Positions 1 to 8,561 of a stretch of 43,259 nt of DNA are shown piece after piece. The stretch lies in the IMG/VR virus record IMGVR_UViG_3300049070_000048, positions 1-43,259 of that record; one strand, 5' to 3'. Position 1 is the stretch's first letter; the number at the start of each line of letters is the position of its first letter. The translations under genes were made by a program, and so were the position numbers. A model generated the notes under the pieces. That model did not search any database. It had not been told where the DNA came from and worked only from the letters and a program-made list of their open reading frames with translations. Source of the DNA: a virus (taxonomy: Duplodnaviria; Caudoviricetes).

Positions 1-6
1 CACCCT

Positions 7-237
7 TCATCTGGAGTCCCCCTCAACAACTTTCTTGTAGCGAACGGGGTTGTGATACTCCGAATTTTTGCTAACCAGGATTCCGCCAAACTCCCCGGCC
101 ATTTCTCCGTTGTCCAGGCGATATCTACCGCTGGGGAGAATTTTCTTAATCGTCACGATGCCCGTAAACGTCTGGACAACGTATCTCTTGAACTTGTCGC
201 CAACCGCAAACTGCGGGCCTCTCTCCTTGGCGTTCAC
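7..237 (-). CDS. hypothetical early protein
   Basis: ORF track; GTGA/ATGA coupling with neighbours. Confidence 0.7.
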   Translation of the reverse strand: MNAKERGPQFAVGDKFKRYVVQTFTGIVTIKKILPSGRYRLDNGEMAGEFGGILVSKNSEYHNPVRYKKVVEGDSR

Positions 238-518
238 TGGGCCCCCTCCGCCTTGGAGATGGCGGCGCGGGCGACTTCAAGAATGGCGTCCTTGGCGTCC
301 TTGCCCGCGTAATCGTGGAGGATGTGGTCTGCGGCCATGCGGAGCGCCGCCAGGAGGTCGAGGGCAGCTCCATGCGTCGGACAGTAGGTAATCGCCTCCT
401 CATCCCCGTAGCTGTGGAACTGGCACCCGCAGGCAGCGATATGCGGACCAAAAATCTTATCTCGCTTCGTTGGAGCCACCCGGGTCTTGTCGGCCCTCAC
501 TTCCTTGCTCTTGCTCAT
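234..518 (-). CDS. hypothetical early protein (CxC...CxxH)
   Basis: ORF 234..539; start moved to MSKSK, 1 nt after the upstream stop. Confidence 0.7.
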   Translation of the reverse strand: MSKSKEVRADKTRVAPTKRDKIFGPHIAACGCQFHSYGDEEAITYCPTHGAALDLLAALRMAADHILHDYAGKDAKDAILEVARAAISKAEGAQ

Positions 519-519
519 G

Positions 520-768
520 TTAGCGGGCCTCCGCCGCACCGATGGAGATAAGGGCGGCGAATCGGTTGCCAGCCATCACCATCATGTTATCCCCGTCCTT
601 GATGACAACCCGCGTAATCTCACCGGGCTTATCATAGTAGAACACGCTCACGGGTTCCTCGACCCAGGAGCCAAGAAACTTATTACCGCCTACCTTGGTG
701 GTGGTGGACAGTCTGTAGCCGACTCCGACATTGTCGCGGACCCACTTCTCATGCTTCGTCATTTTCAT
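520..768 (-). CDS. hypothetical protein, first gene of the early operon
   Basis: ORF with GAGGA RBS directly after the structured leader. Confidence 0.7.
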   Translation of the reverse strand: MKMTKHEKWVRDNVGVGYRLSTTTKVGGNKFLGSWVEEPVSVFYYDKPGEITRVVIKDGDNMMVMAGNRFAALISIGAAEAR

Positions 769-769
769 T

Positions 770-883
770 TCCTCGCAGTTTGCGGATTGTCGTCAGTCTA
801 AAACAAGGACCGCCCGGCTGTCTCTCTTCTGCGAGGTCAAGAGGGCCGAGCGGTCCAAACTTGTTTGCCTCTCAACCTCGCAC
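770..883 (-). promoter_or_regulatory. Structured 5' leader: terminator-like hairpin with competing 15-bp helix and anti-RBS
   Basis: 845-856 pairs with 807-818, followed by UUGUUUU. 868-882 pairs with 830-844. 829-836 is also complementary to the RBS segment 771-778. Confidence 0.65.
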
Positions 884-887
884 TAAT

Positions 888-916
888 ACTGTATCACATG
901 ATACACATTCCGTCAA
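888..916 (-). promoter_or_regulatory. sigma70-type promoter (leftward early)
   Basis: TTGACG-17 nt-TACAGT with extended TGn. Confidence 0.8.
890..905. promoter_or_regulatory. Operator O1 (palindrome TGTATCA-CA-TGATACA)
   Basis: Perfect 7-bp inverted repeat overlapping the spacer and -10 of the leftward promoter. Confidence 0.8.
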
Positions 917-958
917 GGAGAAAAAGGACCTATTTTTATCTAGGCCCTTTTGGCCTCC

Positions 959-987
959 TTGCGGGTAACTGTATCTCATGCTACACT
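959..987 (+). promoter_or_regulatory. Promoter for leaderless repressor mRNA, containing operator O2 (970-985)
   Basis: TTGCGG-17 nt-TACACT, with GTG start 7 nt downstream. TGTATCTCATGCTACA differs from O1 at 2 positions. Confidence 0.75.
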
Positions 988-994
988 GGCCCGC

Positions 995-1150
995 GTGACA
1001 CTCGCCGCCTTCATCAAGAAACACGGCCTATCGGAAGCATCTCGGAAGCTTGGCTTTGAGCGGGCAACGCTCTGGCGCTGGGTGAAGGGCAAGACGCGGC
1101 CTGACCGATTTCGCGCGGCGTTTCTTCGTGGAAAGGGTATAACGATTTAG
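995..1150 (+). CDS. Small XRE/Cro-like HTH repressor (51 aa)
   Basis: GLSEASRKLGFERATLWRWVKGKTRP HTH pattern; divergent from the early operon and flanked by operators. Confidence 0.8.
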   Translation: MTLAAFIKKHGLSEASRKLGFERATLWRWVKGKTRPDRFRAAFLRGKGITI

Positions 1151-1634
1151 GCGCTGCTCCTGGCTCCCATAGGCAGGGCGTGCCGCTTCTCGAAAGCCTT
1201 ACCGTCGAAGTCAGTTCTAGGATATGAATCCACTCGCGCGGGTAGACAACCCGCTTTGTTTTTCCTCTACAAAGTCTTTCAATAGCCGCATTGAACCGCC
1301 TCCCTGTTTCCGTCATTGCGAAGGCCATCCGCCAGTTAGCCCTATACTCCCTAGCTCTAGAAAGTTTGGCTACAAACTCGCGTCGGACCTTCGATGGGAT
1401 TGCCTTGTTTCGGTAGCCGCGCAGGACGGGTGCCCACTTCTTCCAGTCGATGTGGATTTGCGATGCAGGCGGGTCATGATGTCCGCGACACAGCGCGATA
1501 AGGTTTGACGGGCTGTTGCTGCCGCCATGCTTCCGGGGCTTGATGTGGTGAATCTCTGACGCCAGGCAGGCGCACCCTTCCCACATACACAACTGCCCCG
1601 TTTCTACCCAATGCTTCAATGAGAACTTGACCAT
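1014..1634 (-). CDS. HNH endonuclease
   Basis: C..C..EIHHIKPRKHGGSNSPSNLIALCRGHH; GGAGG RBS. Confidence 0.85.
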   Translation of the reverse strand: MVKFSLKHWVETGQLCMWEGCACLASEIHHIKPRKHGGSNSPSNLIALCRGHHDPPASQIHIDWKKWAPVLRGYRNKAIPSKVRREFVAKLSRAREYRANWRMAFAMTETGRRFNAAIERLCRGKTKRVVYPREWIHILELTSTVRLSRSGTPCLWEPGAAPKSLYPFHEETPREIGQAASCPSPSARALPAQSQASEMLPIGRVS

Positions 1635-1690
1635 GGCCTCCCTCTAATTTCTAGATGCTATCCCGCCCGCCACGCCCCCAAGCGCAGGGG

Positions 1691-1870
1691 CTAGGACTCG
1701 CACGGCAGTTCCAGAATCGCCGCGACGAACGGCTTAGATTGCGCGGGCCAATAGTGGTTGTTCTTACACCAGTAGGCGTGAGCGTAATCCTTCCCGCGCG
1801 TTCCATCCGCATACATCACTCCCCGGCCCTCAACGGAAAACACGCCCTCGCCGCAAGTCGGACACTTCAC
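1691..1870 (-). CDS. small zinc-ribbon protein
   Basis: KCPTCG...WCKNNH; GTG overlaps the upstream stop. Confidence 0.6.
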   Translation of the reverse strand: MKCPTCGEGVFSVEGRGVMYADGTRGKDYAHAYWCKNNHYWPAQSKPFVAAILELPCES

Positions 1871-2046
1871 GCCTTCCCCGCGCACGAACAGGAGCGGGAC
1901 TCCAACTCAGCGATGCGGCGGCGCTGGATGGCGAGAATGTCATAGAGTCGGCCCGCCACTTCTGCGGCGTACTCCAGAGGCATTGACCCGCCCATGGCTC
2001 CATAACGCTCAACCTCGCTGTCCGTCAACTTCCCCTCCAAAGGCAT
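1867..2046 (-). CDS. hypothetical protein (59 aa, MPLEGKLTDSEVERY...)
   Basis: Read by hand; fills the gap exactly between flanking genes. Confidence 0.55.
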   Translation of the reverse strand: MPLEGKLTDSEVERYGAMGGSMPLEYAAEVAGRLYDILAIQRRRIAELESRSCSCAGKA

Positions 2047-2709
2047 CTAGGCGTCCTCCTGTTTCAACTCGGCGTTGAACTTGTCCACCATCGCCCACAA
2101 ATCGGCGTTGCTCAGTTTCGCCGTCCGGTTTGAATCTCGTTTCAGGGTGTCGTAGAAATCCTCTCCCCGCGATTTCTTGAACCAGTCCACTACCTGATGG
2201 ATGAAATCGCAATCATGCTCAAAGAGGTTGTTGGATGAGAAACAAGTCCCCAAGAGGTTGCGGCGGTCCCACCGGACTGAGTATTTCGCCCGGCTGAAAA
2301 TGTGAAAGACGTTCTGGATTCCCGCGCATCCGGCATGTGAGATGTGGGCCAGTTCACAGCGGCCCCCGGTCCTCTCTGCCGCCTCCTGACGGACCACACG
2401 GCTACAGATATCGTCCAGCTTCTTAACCAATCCCTTTCGGCCTAGCGGACGTCCAGTTTTCTTCCCCCGCGCCCTGGCGATACCCTCTGCGGTCTTTGGC
2501 GGCGGCGGTATCCTCGGCGTACCATCGGCCTCCGCGCTGTTGGCGTAGGCATCCTGAAACAAGACGGGGAGCCCGAAAAATTTCGGGTCAATAACCCCCT
2601 CGCTAGCGTCACGAATCGCCTTGTTTAGCGCCTCGTCTTCGGCCTTCTTCGCCTCCCTCCGCGCCTTGCGGGCGGCTCTCTTGGCTGACGCGGCGTCCCA
2701 GGGCTTCAA
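2047..2709 (-). CDS. NinG/Rap-like recombination nuclease
   Basis: KKLDDICSRVVR...RC...HIFSRAKYSVRWDRRNLLGTC resembles the lambda NinG C-terminal domain. Confidence 0.65.
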   Translation of the reverse strand: MKPWDAASAKRAARKARREAKKAEDEALNKAIRDASEGVIDPKFFGLPVLFQDAYANSAEADGTPRIPPPPKTAEGIARARGKKTGRPLGRKGLVKKLDDICSRVVRQEAAERTGGRCELAHISHAGCAGIQNVFHIFSRAKYSVRWDRRNLLGTCFSSNNLFEHDCDFIHQVVDWFKKSRGEDFYDTLKRDSNRTAKLSNADLWAMVDKFNAELKQEDA

Positions 2710-2854
2710 CGAATCACCCTCAACACCTTTCCCATCTTGTAGGGGCGCTTAACATATCCCAAGTCGGGGCGGTATTTGATTTGCGGCTTACGCCAGGTCA
2801 GCTTGGCGATGGAGTCGAAGCCGTGCTTTTCGCGCCAGGCGGGGTCTTGGTGAA

Positions 2855-3208
2855 TCATGCGTCTTGGCTCCATTCAACGCGGCGCATGGGAATGGACTTC
2901 AACATGAATTCGCAGTGTTCGCAGGGCTTGGCGTTGCCGGGCTGGCCGTTTTTCAGTAGCCGGTGAACATAGATATCCGCGCCCCGCAAAGTATCCTCGC
3001 CGTGGAGATTTACGGCCCGAAGGACGGCCCCCAATTCTGCATGGCGCTTGTGTTCAAGCGTAGTGGCCTTGGTATGGGTCTTAGACATGTCGTTGAACCC
3101 GTGTCCAAGGATTTTCGAGCCGCGATAGACTACAGCCCCGACACGAAAGCGAGACGGGGAGCAGAACGCAACAGCAGCGGCAGCAGAAACGATTCTACGA
3201 GTCGGCAC
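2855..3208 (-). CDS. Zinc-dependent cytidine/dCMP deaminase-like protein
   Basis: HAE and PCxxC (KPCEHC) motifs. Confidence 0.85.
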   Translation of the reverse strand: MPTRRIVSAAAAVAFCSPSRFRVGAVVYRGSKILGHGFNDMSKTHTKATTLEHKRHAELGAVLRAVNLHGEDTLRGADIYVHRLLKNGQPGNAKPCEHCEFMLKSIPMRRVEWSQDA

Positions 3209-3516
3209 TAGAAAACCTCCGTGTTCAAATCAGCCTGCGCTGGCATCCCCTCGGGGACCAGGACGGAGCCCGAAAGCTTGAAGCGAAGGGGCGAGAATTT
3301 GCGGTTGCCCGAAAAGTGCGAGGTCATCAACAGATGCGCATTACCGTTCCACGCCGCCGCTATCGCCTTCGGAGCCGTATACGCAATCTTGGCGTCACCG
3401 ATGAACCTTCGGCACTTCAAACACTGAGCTATCCGGGCGAAGATGACATCATTACACAGCATGGGCTCTAGGGCCATGCGGGAGCCGCAGCAGCTATAGA
3501 GGGCGGGGTCGGTCAC
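3208..3516 (-). CDS. hypothetical Cys-rich protein
   Basis: ORF coupled to neighbours; CC..CxxC. Confidence 0.6.
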   Translation of the reverse strand: MTDPALYSCCGSRMALEPMLCNDVIFARIAQCLKCRRFIGDAKIAYTAPKAIAAAWNGNAHLLMTSHFSGNRKFSPLRFKLSGSVLVPEGMPAQADLNTEVF

Positions 3517-3854
3517 AGGAACGCTCCTTGTCCGGATTTTGCGGCCCGCGTAGCTCTGGCCGTTTCGGCGTGGTGGTCTCGGTCATAGCGCAAGTGGCAA
3601 CGCTGGCACATGGCTTTGAGGTTGTCGTCCGCGCAGTTTTCCGGGGTGTGGTCCAGATGCGCCACGGTCAGGACGATAGAGCCCTTGGCAAAGAACGCTT
3701 TGCGGCCATGTCGCTCAACGCAGCGGCCCCAAGGGTGTAGGCCGCACTCTGCCACGCACTCACAGCGGCCCTCTGACCGTTCCCGAATCCGGAGGCTTAT
3801 TTGCTTCCAGGCCTTCGGGTAGCGGGCCTTCTCACTGGCGCGAATCGGGCTCAT
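3513..3854 (-). CDS. HNH-like phage protein
   Basis: YPKAWKQIS...RCEC...LTVAHLDHTPENCADDNLKAMCQRCHLRYD. Confidence 0.8.
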   Translation of the reverse strand: MSPIRASEKARYPKAWKQISLRIRERSEGRCECVAECGLHPWGRCVERHGRKAFFAKGSIVLTVAHLDHTPENCADDNLKAMCQRCHLRYDRDHHAETARATRAAKSGQGAFL

Positions 3855-4039
3855 ATCGTGACCTCTCGCTTCTGCTCGGACTGGACGAACACTTGACGAA
3901 CCATCCAGGCCCAAAGCCATCCCGGCATCCCGTCCGGCTTCGGCTTGATGTGAAGCCGCAAAACACGCTCCCAGGGCTCGGCACTGGCAATCGTAATGCG
4001 CTGGACTTGTACGGCCACGACGCGCCCCAATTCGTTCAC
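3851..4039 (-). CDS. hypothetical protein
   Basis: GGAGG RBS 8 nt before GTG 4039. Confidence 0.55.
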   Translation of the reverse strand: MNELGRVVAVQVQRITIASAEPWERVLRLHIKPKPDGMPGWLWAWMVRQVFVQSEQKREVTI

Positions 4040-4073
4040 GCTCACAACCTCCAAGCCCCGGAGGGGGTCATAT

Positions 4074-5240
4074 TCATCCCTTGACGCACAAAACCTGTTT
4101 CAGTTCGGCCACGATTTCAACAAGGTCCGACTGATTAGCCATGACTTCCTCAATCGGCTTGTAGGCCCCCGGAATCTCGTCGATGACTTCCTTGTCCTTG
4201 CGGCACTCGACGCCAGCGGTTTGCGCTACCAGGTCGGCCTCGGTGAAGGTGTGGCGGGCCTTGGTGCGGCTCATGCGTCGGCCCGCGCCGTGGGAACAAG
4301 AATCGAACGACTCCGGATTTCCAAGCCCCCGAACGATGTACGAGCGCGTCCCCATCGAACCGGGGATGATTCCCATGTCGCCCTGACGGGCACGGACGGC
4401 CCCCTTGCGAGTCACTAGGACGTTCTTCCCGAAGTGCGCTTCCATCACGGCGAAGTTGTGATGGCAGTTAATCGTCGGCTCGGGTGCGATTTCGCGGCCC
4501 AGGTGGTGACGAGTGTCTTTGAGAATCCGCGCCATCATGATTTCCCGATTCTTGGCCGCGTATCCCTGCGCCCAGGTCAGGTCACGGATATACGCCTTGA
4601 AGTCGTCCGTCCCCTGGGCGAAGTAGGCAAGGTCGGGGTCAGGAAGGTCGATGAACATCCGGCGCATCAGGTCTTTGGCCGTATCGATGTGCGCTTCGGC
4701 CAGAGACTTGCCGATGTTGCGGCTCCCGGAGTGTAGGACGACCCACGCGCCGCCCTCGGTGTCTTGGCACAGCTCGATGAAGTGATTGCCGCCCCCCAGG
4801 GAGGACATTTGCTCTCGCGCCCGCTTCCCAAGCCCCTGACACTTCGGGTGAAGCTGTAGCCACGCCTGCCAGCCTTCCCAGGCGTCAACGTCGGCTCCGA
4901 CAGACTTGTTGAAATTGAAGCCCACGGGGATAGAGCGTTCGATTGAGTGCCGCAGTTCCGGCAACCGCTCAAAGGCGTTGATGGGGACGTTTAGTTTGGT
5001 AGCCGCCATCCCGCAGCCGATATCCACTCCAACGGCGGCAGGACAGACCGCGCCAGTCGTAGCCATCACGGACCCGACAGTAGCCCCCTTCCCGGCGTGA
5101 ACGTCGGGCATCACCGCCAAGTGCTTGAACACGAACGGCAGAGCGGCGGTTTTCTTCAACTGCTCTACGGCCTCAGCCTCCACATCGTCGGTCCAAATCT
5201 TGATGGGGACGCGGCATTCAATGACTTGCTTAACGGGCAT
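4074..5240 (-). CDS. rtcB: RtcB 3'-phosphate/5'-OH RNA ligase
   Basis: MPDVHAGKG, VGVDIGCGM, GGGNHFIE, LHSGSR, NCHHN, IPGSMG, SCSHGAGR, DEIPGAYK motifs. Confidence 0.97.
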   Translation of the reverse strand: MPVKQVIECRVPIKIWTDDVEAEAVEQLKKTAALPFVFKHLAVMPDVHAGKGATVGSVMATTGAVCPAAVGVDIGCGMAATKLNVPINAFERLPELRHSIERSIPVGFNFNKSVGADVDAWEGWQAWLQLHPKCQGLGKRAREQMSSLGGGNHFIELCQDTEGGAWVVLHSGSRNIGKSLAEAHIDTAKDLMRRMFIDLPDPDLAYFAQGTDDFKAYIRDLTWAQGYAAKNREIMMARILKDTRHHLGREIAPEPTINCHHNFAVMEAHFGKNVLVTRKGAVRARQGDMGIIPGSMGTRSYIVRGLGNPESFDSCSHGAGRRMSRTKARHTFTEADLVAQTAGVECRKDKEVIDEIPGAYKPIEEVMANQSDLVEIVAELKQVLCVKG

Positions 5241-5571
5241 TGGAGGTTTCTCCCAGCGCGGCCTTGACCTTGGCGATGAAGTCTTGAATCTCCTTCGCTC
5301 CAATCTGATTTCCCCAGTTCTCTTTGGGACCGGGGAACTCCTCGGCGGCGCGGACGAAAGACGCCCACGAATCCGGAGAATCCGTAATGGGCGTCAGGTC
5401 GGCAAGAGAAGAAACCCGCTCAAACGGAGACGGGCACGAACAGCCGGAATCGGCCCCATAGAAAAGGCGTCCAGTCTCTTTCGACTTGAAAACCCGCATC
5501 AGGTCGAACTCATGCGAGCCACTAGACCTGTCCATCTCCGCGACGAATTCCAGCGTGTCAATAAAGTCCAT
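5230..5571 (-). CDS. conserved phage hypothetical protein (DSGCSCPSPFE motif)
   Basis: ORF with GGAG RBS; motif seen in other phage proteins. Confidence 0.7.
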   Translation of the reverse strand: MDFIDTLEFVAEMDRSSGSHEFDLMRVFKSKETGRLFYGADSGCSCPSPFERVSSLADLTPITDSPDSWASFVRAAEEFPGPKENWGNQIGAKEIQDFIAKVKAALGETSNAR

Positions 5572-5584
5572 GATTTCTCCTCGC

Positions 5585-5758
5585 CTACTTGGCGCACTCC
5601 TCCCGTTTTATTTTCACCCTGTCTTCCAACGCCGCCCTCAACGACGCGGCCATGGGGCGGCCGTCCCAGCGGTTAAGCAAGTTCTCGCAGTAGCCAGCGT
5701 CCAAGTCCTCGACACGGACACCACGGTACTTCCCGAACGGCATACGGACGTTAGACAC
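5585..5758 (-). CDS. DUF3820-like small protein
   Basis: MPFGKYRG..EDL..GYC motif; GGAGG RBS before GTG. Confidence 0.7.
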   Translation of the reverse strand: MSNVRMPFGKYRGVRVEDLDAGYCENLLNRWDGRPMAASLRAALEDRVKIKREECAK

Positions 5759-6245
5759 TCTTTGCCTCCGCAACAGAAGCTATTAATGCCGTTGCTTTCT
5801 GTTGTTCTGTTTCTGTCTTCAACCCACTTTCCGTTGGTACTCTCCTCTCCTCTCCTGGCTTCACGGTTGCTAAGCATTCGCCAAGCATTCGCTTAGCGTT
5901 CGCTTCACCGCCCAGGCGTCCGGCCTCTGCTGCCTTACGGCTTCTGTCTCGGCGCTCACGAAGGCGTCTATCAACTGACTTGGAGCCGAATGAGGTAGAG
6001 CCGACCCGGTAGAATAGTTCGGACTCCTCGGCTAAGGACTTAAGCAACCCACGGTCAGCCCGGAGGTCGTAGGCCAAAGCCTCGTAGTCATTCCCGATTT
6101 TCCCGTCGTTCTCGTACAGCATCTCGACCAAAGCCCAGTAGAGCCCATACGCCGCCCAACCATGCTTACGGATGAGTCTTGCTATCTTCTCGTCAGAACG
6201 TGCGTGGTAGTCGTGTTTGAAGTAAAAAGATTCCTTCGGCATCAC
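5751..6245 (-). CDS. DUF4373/Lin1244-like replication initiator N-terminal protein
   Basis: YFKHDYHARSDEKIARLIRKHGWAAYGLYWALVEMLY; C-terminal RSRKAAEAGRLGG. Confidence 0.75.
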   Translation of the reverse strand: MMPKESFYFKHDYHARSDEKIARLIRKHGWAAYGLYWALVEMLYENDGKIGNDYEALAYDLRADRGLLKSLAEESELFYRVGSTSFGSKSVDRRLRERRDRSRKAAEAGRLGGEANAKRMLGECLATVKPGEERRVPTESGLKTETEQQKATALIASVAEAKSV

Positions 6246-6619
6246 CTAGAACGGTTTGCGTTCATCACGGCATAGATTCTGTTCTTGATGGTCCTCTCCG
6301 TCACGGCTAGGCCATCCACTAGTCTTTGAATGTCGCGGACTTCGTTGCGGACGAGCTTGTTGCGCTCCTCGGCCGTGAACTCGTCGCGCTTGGCGCTGTA
6401 CTTCAACACGGCTTTAGCAAGGGCTTGGGAGAGGAACGACTCAGCGTCGGCGCGGAGCCTCCCGGCGTCGTCGGCGTTTTGAATCGCCTTATCCATGTCA
6501 AGGTGCCGCTCCCCCGCCTCAGTGGCAAGCGCGGAGCGCCCGTACTCGTAGAGCTTCGTTCGCTGGGCCTCGGTCTGCTCCAACCACTCCTCCAGCGTCA
6601 CTCCTTCTTTCCCGGTCAT
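6242..6619 (-). CDS. hypothetical helical protein
   Basis: ORF with AGGAG RBS. Confidence 0.7.
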   Translation of the reverse strand: MTGKEGVTLEEWLEQTEAQRTKLYEYGRSALATEAGERHLDMDKAIQNADDAGRLRADAESFLSQALAKAVLKYSAKRDEFTAEERNKLVRNEVRDIQRLVDGLAVTERTIKNRIYAVMNANRSR

Positions 6620-6717
6620 TTAGTCTCCTTGTTCAGAATCGGCCCGCAGCGGACGCAGGTTGAGTAGAAGTGCGGGCGCGGCCATCGGTGCCCGAAAATC
6701 CAGCAGATAAAATTCAC
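6616..6717 (-). CDS. DUF1660-like small prophage protein (33 aa)
   Basis: Read by hand: MNFICWIFGHRW...TCVRCG; coupled at both ends. Confidence 0.65.
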   Translation of the reverse strand: MNFICWIFGHRWPRPHFYSTCVRCGPILNKETK

Positions 6718-7148
6718 CTAGAAGCCTTCGCCATGCGGTCATACAGGACGACATTCACCGTCGCGGCAAGATTCATGCAATCGCTCGTCGGCACAAAAAC
6801 CTTGTATTTGCAGCGGTCTAGAATGTCCTTTGGAATGGAGCCGTCCTCGGGGCCGAAGATATAGAGCGCCCGCTCGGGATGAACGAAGCGCGGAAGCGGC
6901 GTAGCGCCATCAACAATCTCAACGGCAATGCGGGCGCAGTCAATCGGGAGAGCATCAACCATTCGCGGAACCTCAAACAGCGGCATATGCCGGGAGGCGT
7001 GCTGAGTGTCCGTTTTCATGCGCTCGTAACGGACGCCTTCAAGCATGACGAAGTTGGCGTTATAGACCCCGGCAGCACGAATCGCGCCCCCGATGTTGAC
7101 TTCCTTCTTTGGGGCGTACAATCCGACTCCGCAGTACCCACGCTTCAC
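6714..7148 (-). CDS. SpoU/TrmH-family (TrmL-sized) RNA 2'-O-methyltransferase
   Basis: NIGGAIRAA, YIFGPEDG and CMNLAATVNVVLY SPOUT motifs; start at GTG 7148. Confidence 0.9.
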   Translation of the reverse strand: MKRGYCGVGLYAPKKEVNIGGAIRAAGVYNANFVMLEGVRYERMKTDTQHASRHMPLFEVPRMVDALPIDCARIAVEIVDGATPLPRFVHPERALYIFGPEDGSIPKDILDRCKYKVFVPTSDCMNLAATVNVVLYDRMAKASR

Positions 7149-7300
7149 GCCAGCATCCTCCGCGCCAATTCGACGAAAAACGCGGAACTCCGGTACGCCT
7201 GAGCCAGCAGGAAGATGGCCGCGAAGATGATGACGAGTCCCGGCCAAGCCGGAGGCAATTCGTTTATGTCCACGCCGGGGATGATTTCGTCGGGGGGCAT
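7145..7300 (-). CDS. small single-pass membrane protein (51 aa)
   Basis: Read by hand: MPPDEII...WPGLVIIFAAIFLLAQAY...; coupled at both ends. Confidence 0.6.
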   Translation of the reverse strand: MPPDEIIPGVDINELPPAWPGLVIIFAAIFLLAQAYRSSAFFVELARRMLA

Positions 7301-7944
7301 TAGACCTTCCTCGAAACGGCACGGATGCCAGGGATTTGGACTGAGCCCTTCGTGGCGCGGATGACGCCACCAATCTTGGAGTCATCCAGCATTAGGTATT
7401 CGCGGGGCACCAGGGCCGGGTCCGTGACCTCGTAGGTCCAGACAGTCCGGGTCACAGTCTGCGCCTTGGGGGTCAACTTCTCCACCACGACGGGGGCGGC
7501 GGCGATGGGCTCGGAAATGATTGCGTCGGCGGTCTTATCGTCCCCGAACTCGGCAGCGCGGGCGGCTTTGGCAAGAGCCTCATCCTCTGCGGCCTTCTGA
7601 GCGGCGGCGCGTTGCGCGGCCTCCTGCTCCCGGCGCACGGCCTCCATCTTCACTTCCCAATCAATGAGCTTCTGCTTGGCGATGGTGCGGGCGGTGGTGA
7701 TAGGCTCGGCGTACTTCTTCTTCTTCGCCACTAGGGACTTGTGGGCGTCAAACGCGGCCTTGATATGCTCGTCGTAGGCCGCGTCCACTTCCTTTTCCAG
7801 AGCCTTCAACTGGACGCAGAAGGCGTCAACGGCGGCGTAATCGTCATTGTTGGTGATGACGAATGCGCGGGCCTGTTCGATTGCGGCCAGGGCCTTATCG
7901 TTCTTGTCCGGCACGGCGGGAGCGGCCACAAGCGGGGGAGTCAT
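7300..7944 (-). CDS. Coiled-coil phage protein, Gp157-like C-terminus, recombination module
   Basis: WTYEVTDPALVPREYL...IPGIR. Confidence 0.65.
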   Translation of the reverse strand: MTPPLVAAPAVPDKNDKALAAIEQARAFVITNNDDYAAVDAFCVQLKALEKEVDAAYDEHIKAAFDAHKSLVAKKKKYAEPITTARTIAKQKLIDWEVKMEAVRREQEAAQRAAAQKAAEDEALAKAARAAEFGDDKTADAIISEPIAAAPVVVEKLTPKAQTVTRTVWTYEVTDPALVPREYLMLDDSKIGGVIRATKGSVQIPGIRAVSRKV

Positions 7945-8513
7945 TTCGCCTCCATGAATTTCTTTGCGTAGTAAACGGCGTCGTTCTTGTCCGAGTCAGG
8001 AAATCGAATGGTCATGCGGTAGGTCCCGTCCTTGCGGAAGGCCACTCCGTACCGCTCAACCTCGGGGAACCGATACTGCGTTGCCAGGAGATAGAGGGCG
8101 GTCTGTAGGGCCGCGCACTTGTCCTTGACCTGGGTCGTCTTGTAGTCCAGAAGCCAAATCCTGTTTCCGACAGTACCGATGCGGTCAACGGTCCCGGCGT
8201 ATCCAAAGGCTTCATTGAAAACGCGGACCTCAATTCCACCGGGGAGGGCGCGAAAGCCAGTGTCTTTTAGGAACTTGGCGTGGGCCGGGAGGTACGCCTG
8301 AACGCGGGAGTCGAACTCATACCCGTCAGCCGTGCCTTCCTCAACCATCTGCCAGGCCCTGTGGTTCTCTGTCCCGCGCTGAAAGTAGAATTCCCTGTCA
8401 CCTTCCGGGATGCCATCGAAGGCGTCCGGGTAGGCAAAACGCACGATAGAGGTAACGCGGGCGTACTTCTTCCCGGCCTTCTCGTAGTGGTCTGCGGTGA
8501 CTGTGGTTTCCAT
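7941..8513 (-). CDS. PD-(D/E)XK exonuclease
   Basis: RVTSI, RGTENH, E..YAGTVDRI, LLDYKT, LQTALY. Confidence 0.85.
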   Translation of the reverse strand: METTVTADHYEKAGKKYARVTSIVRFAYPDAFDGIPEGDREFYFQRGTENHRAWQMVEEGTADGYEFDSRVQAYLPAHAKFLKDTGFRALPGGIEVRVFNEAFGYAGTVDRIGTVGNRIWLLDYKTTQVKDKCAALQTALYLLATQYRFPEVERYGVAFRKDGTYRMTIRFPDSDKNDAVYYAKKFMEAK

Positions 8514-8561
8514 GGTCTTATGCCGGGGGCCGACGCCCCGCCCCGGCTCAGGGTCCTGGGA

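Noticed and set aside
3276-3285. 10-nt match (GCTTGAAGCG) to the arm of tRNA-like RNA B as a possible antisense target
   Set aside because: A 10-mer match is expected by chance in 43 kb, and the segment is base-paired in the RNA
6625-6712. Apparent GCCCGCA/TGCGGGC hairpin suggesting a riboswitch or ribozyme
   Set aside because: The interval is fully explained by a coupled DUF1660-like small ORF
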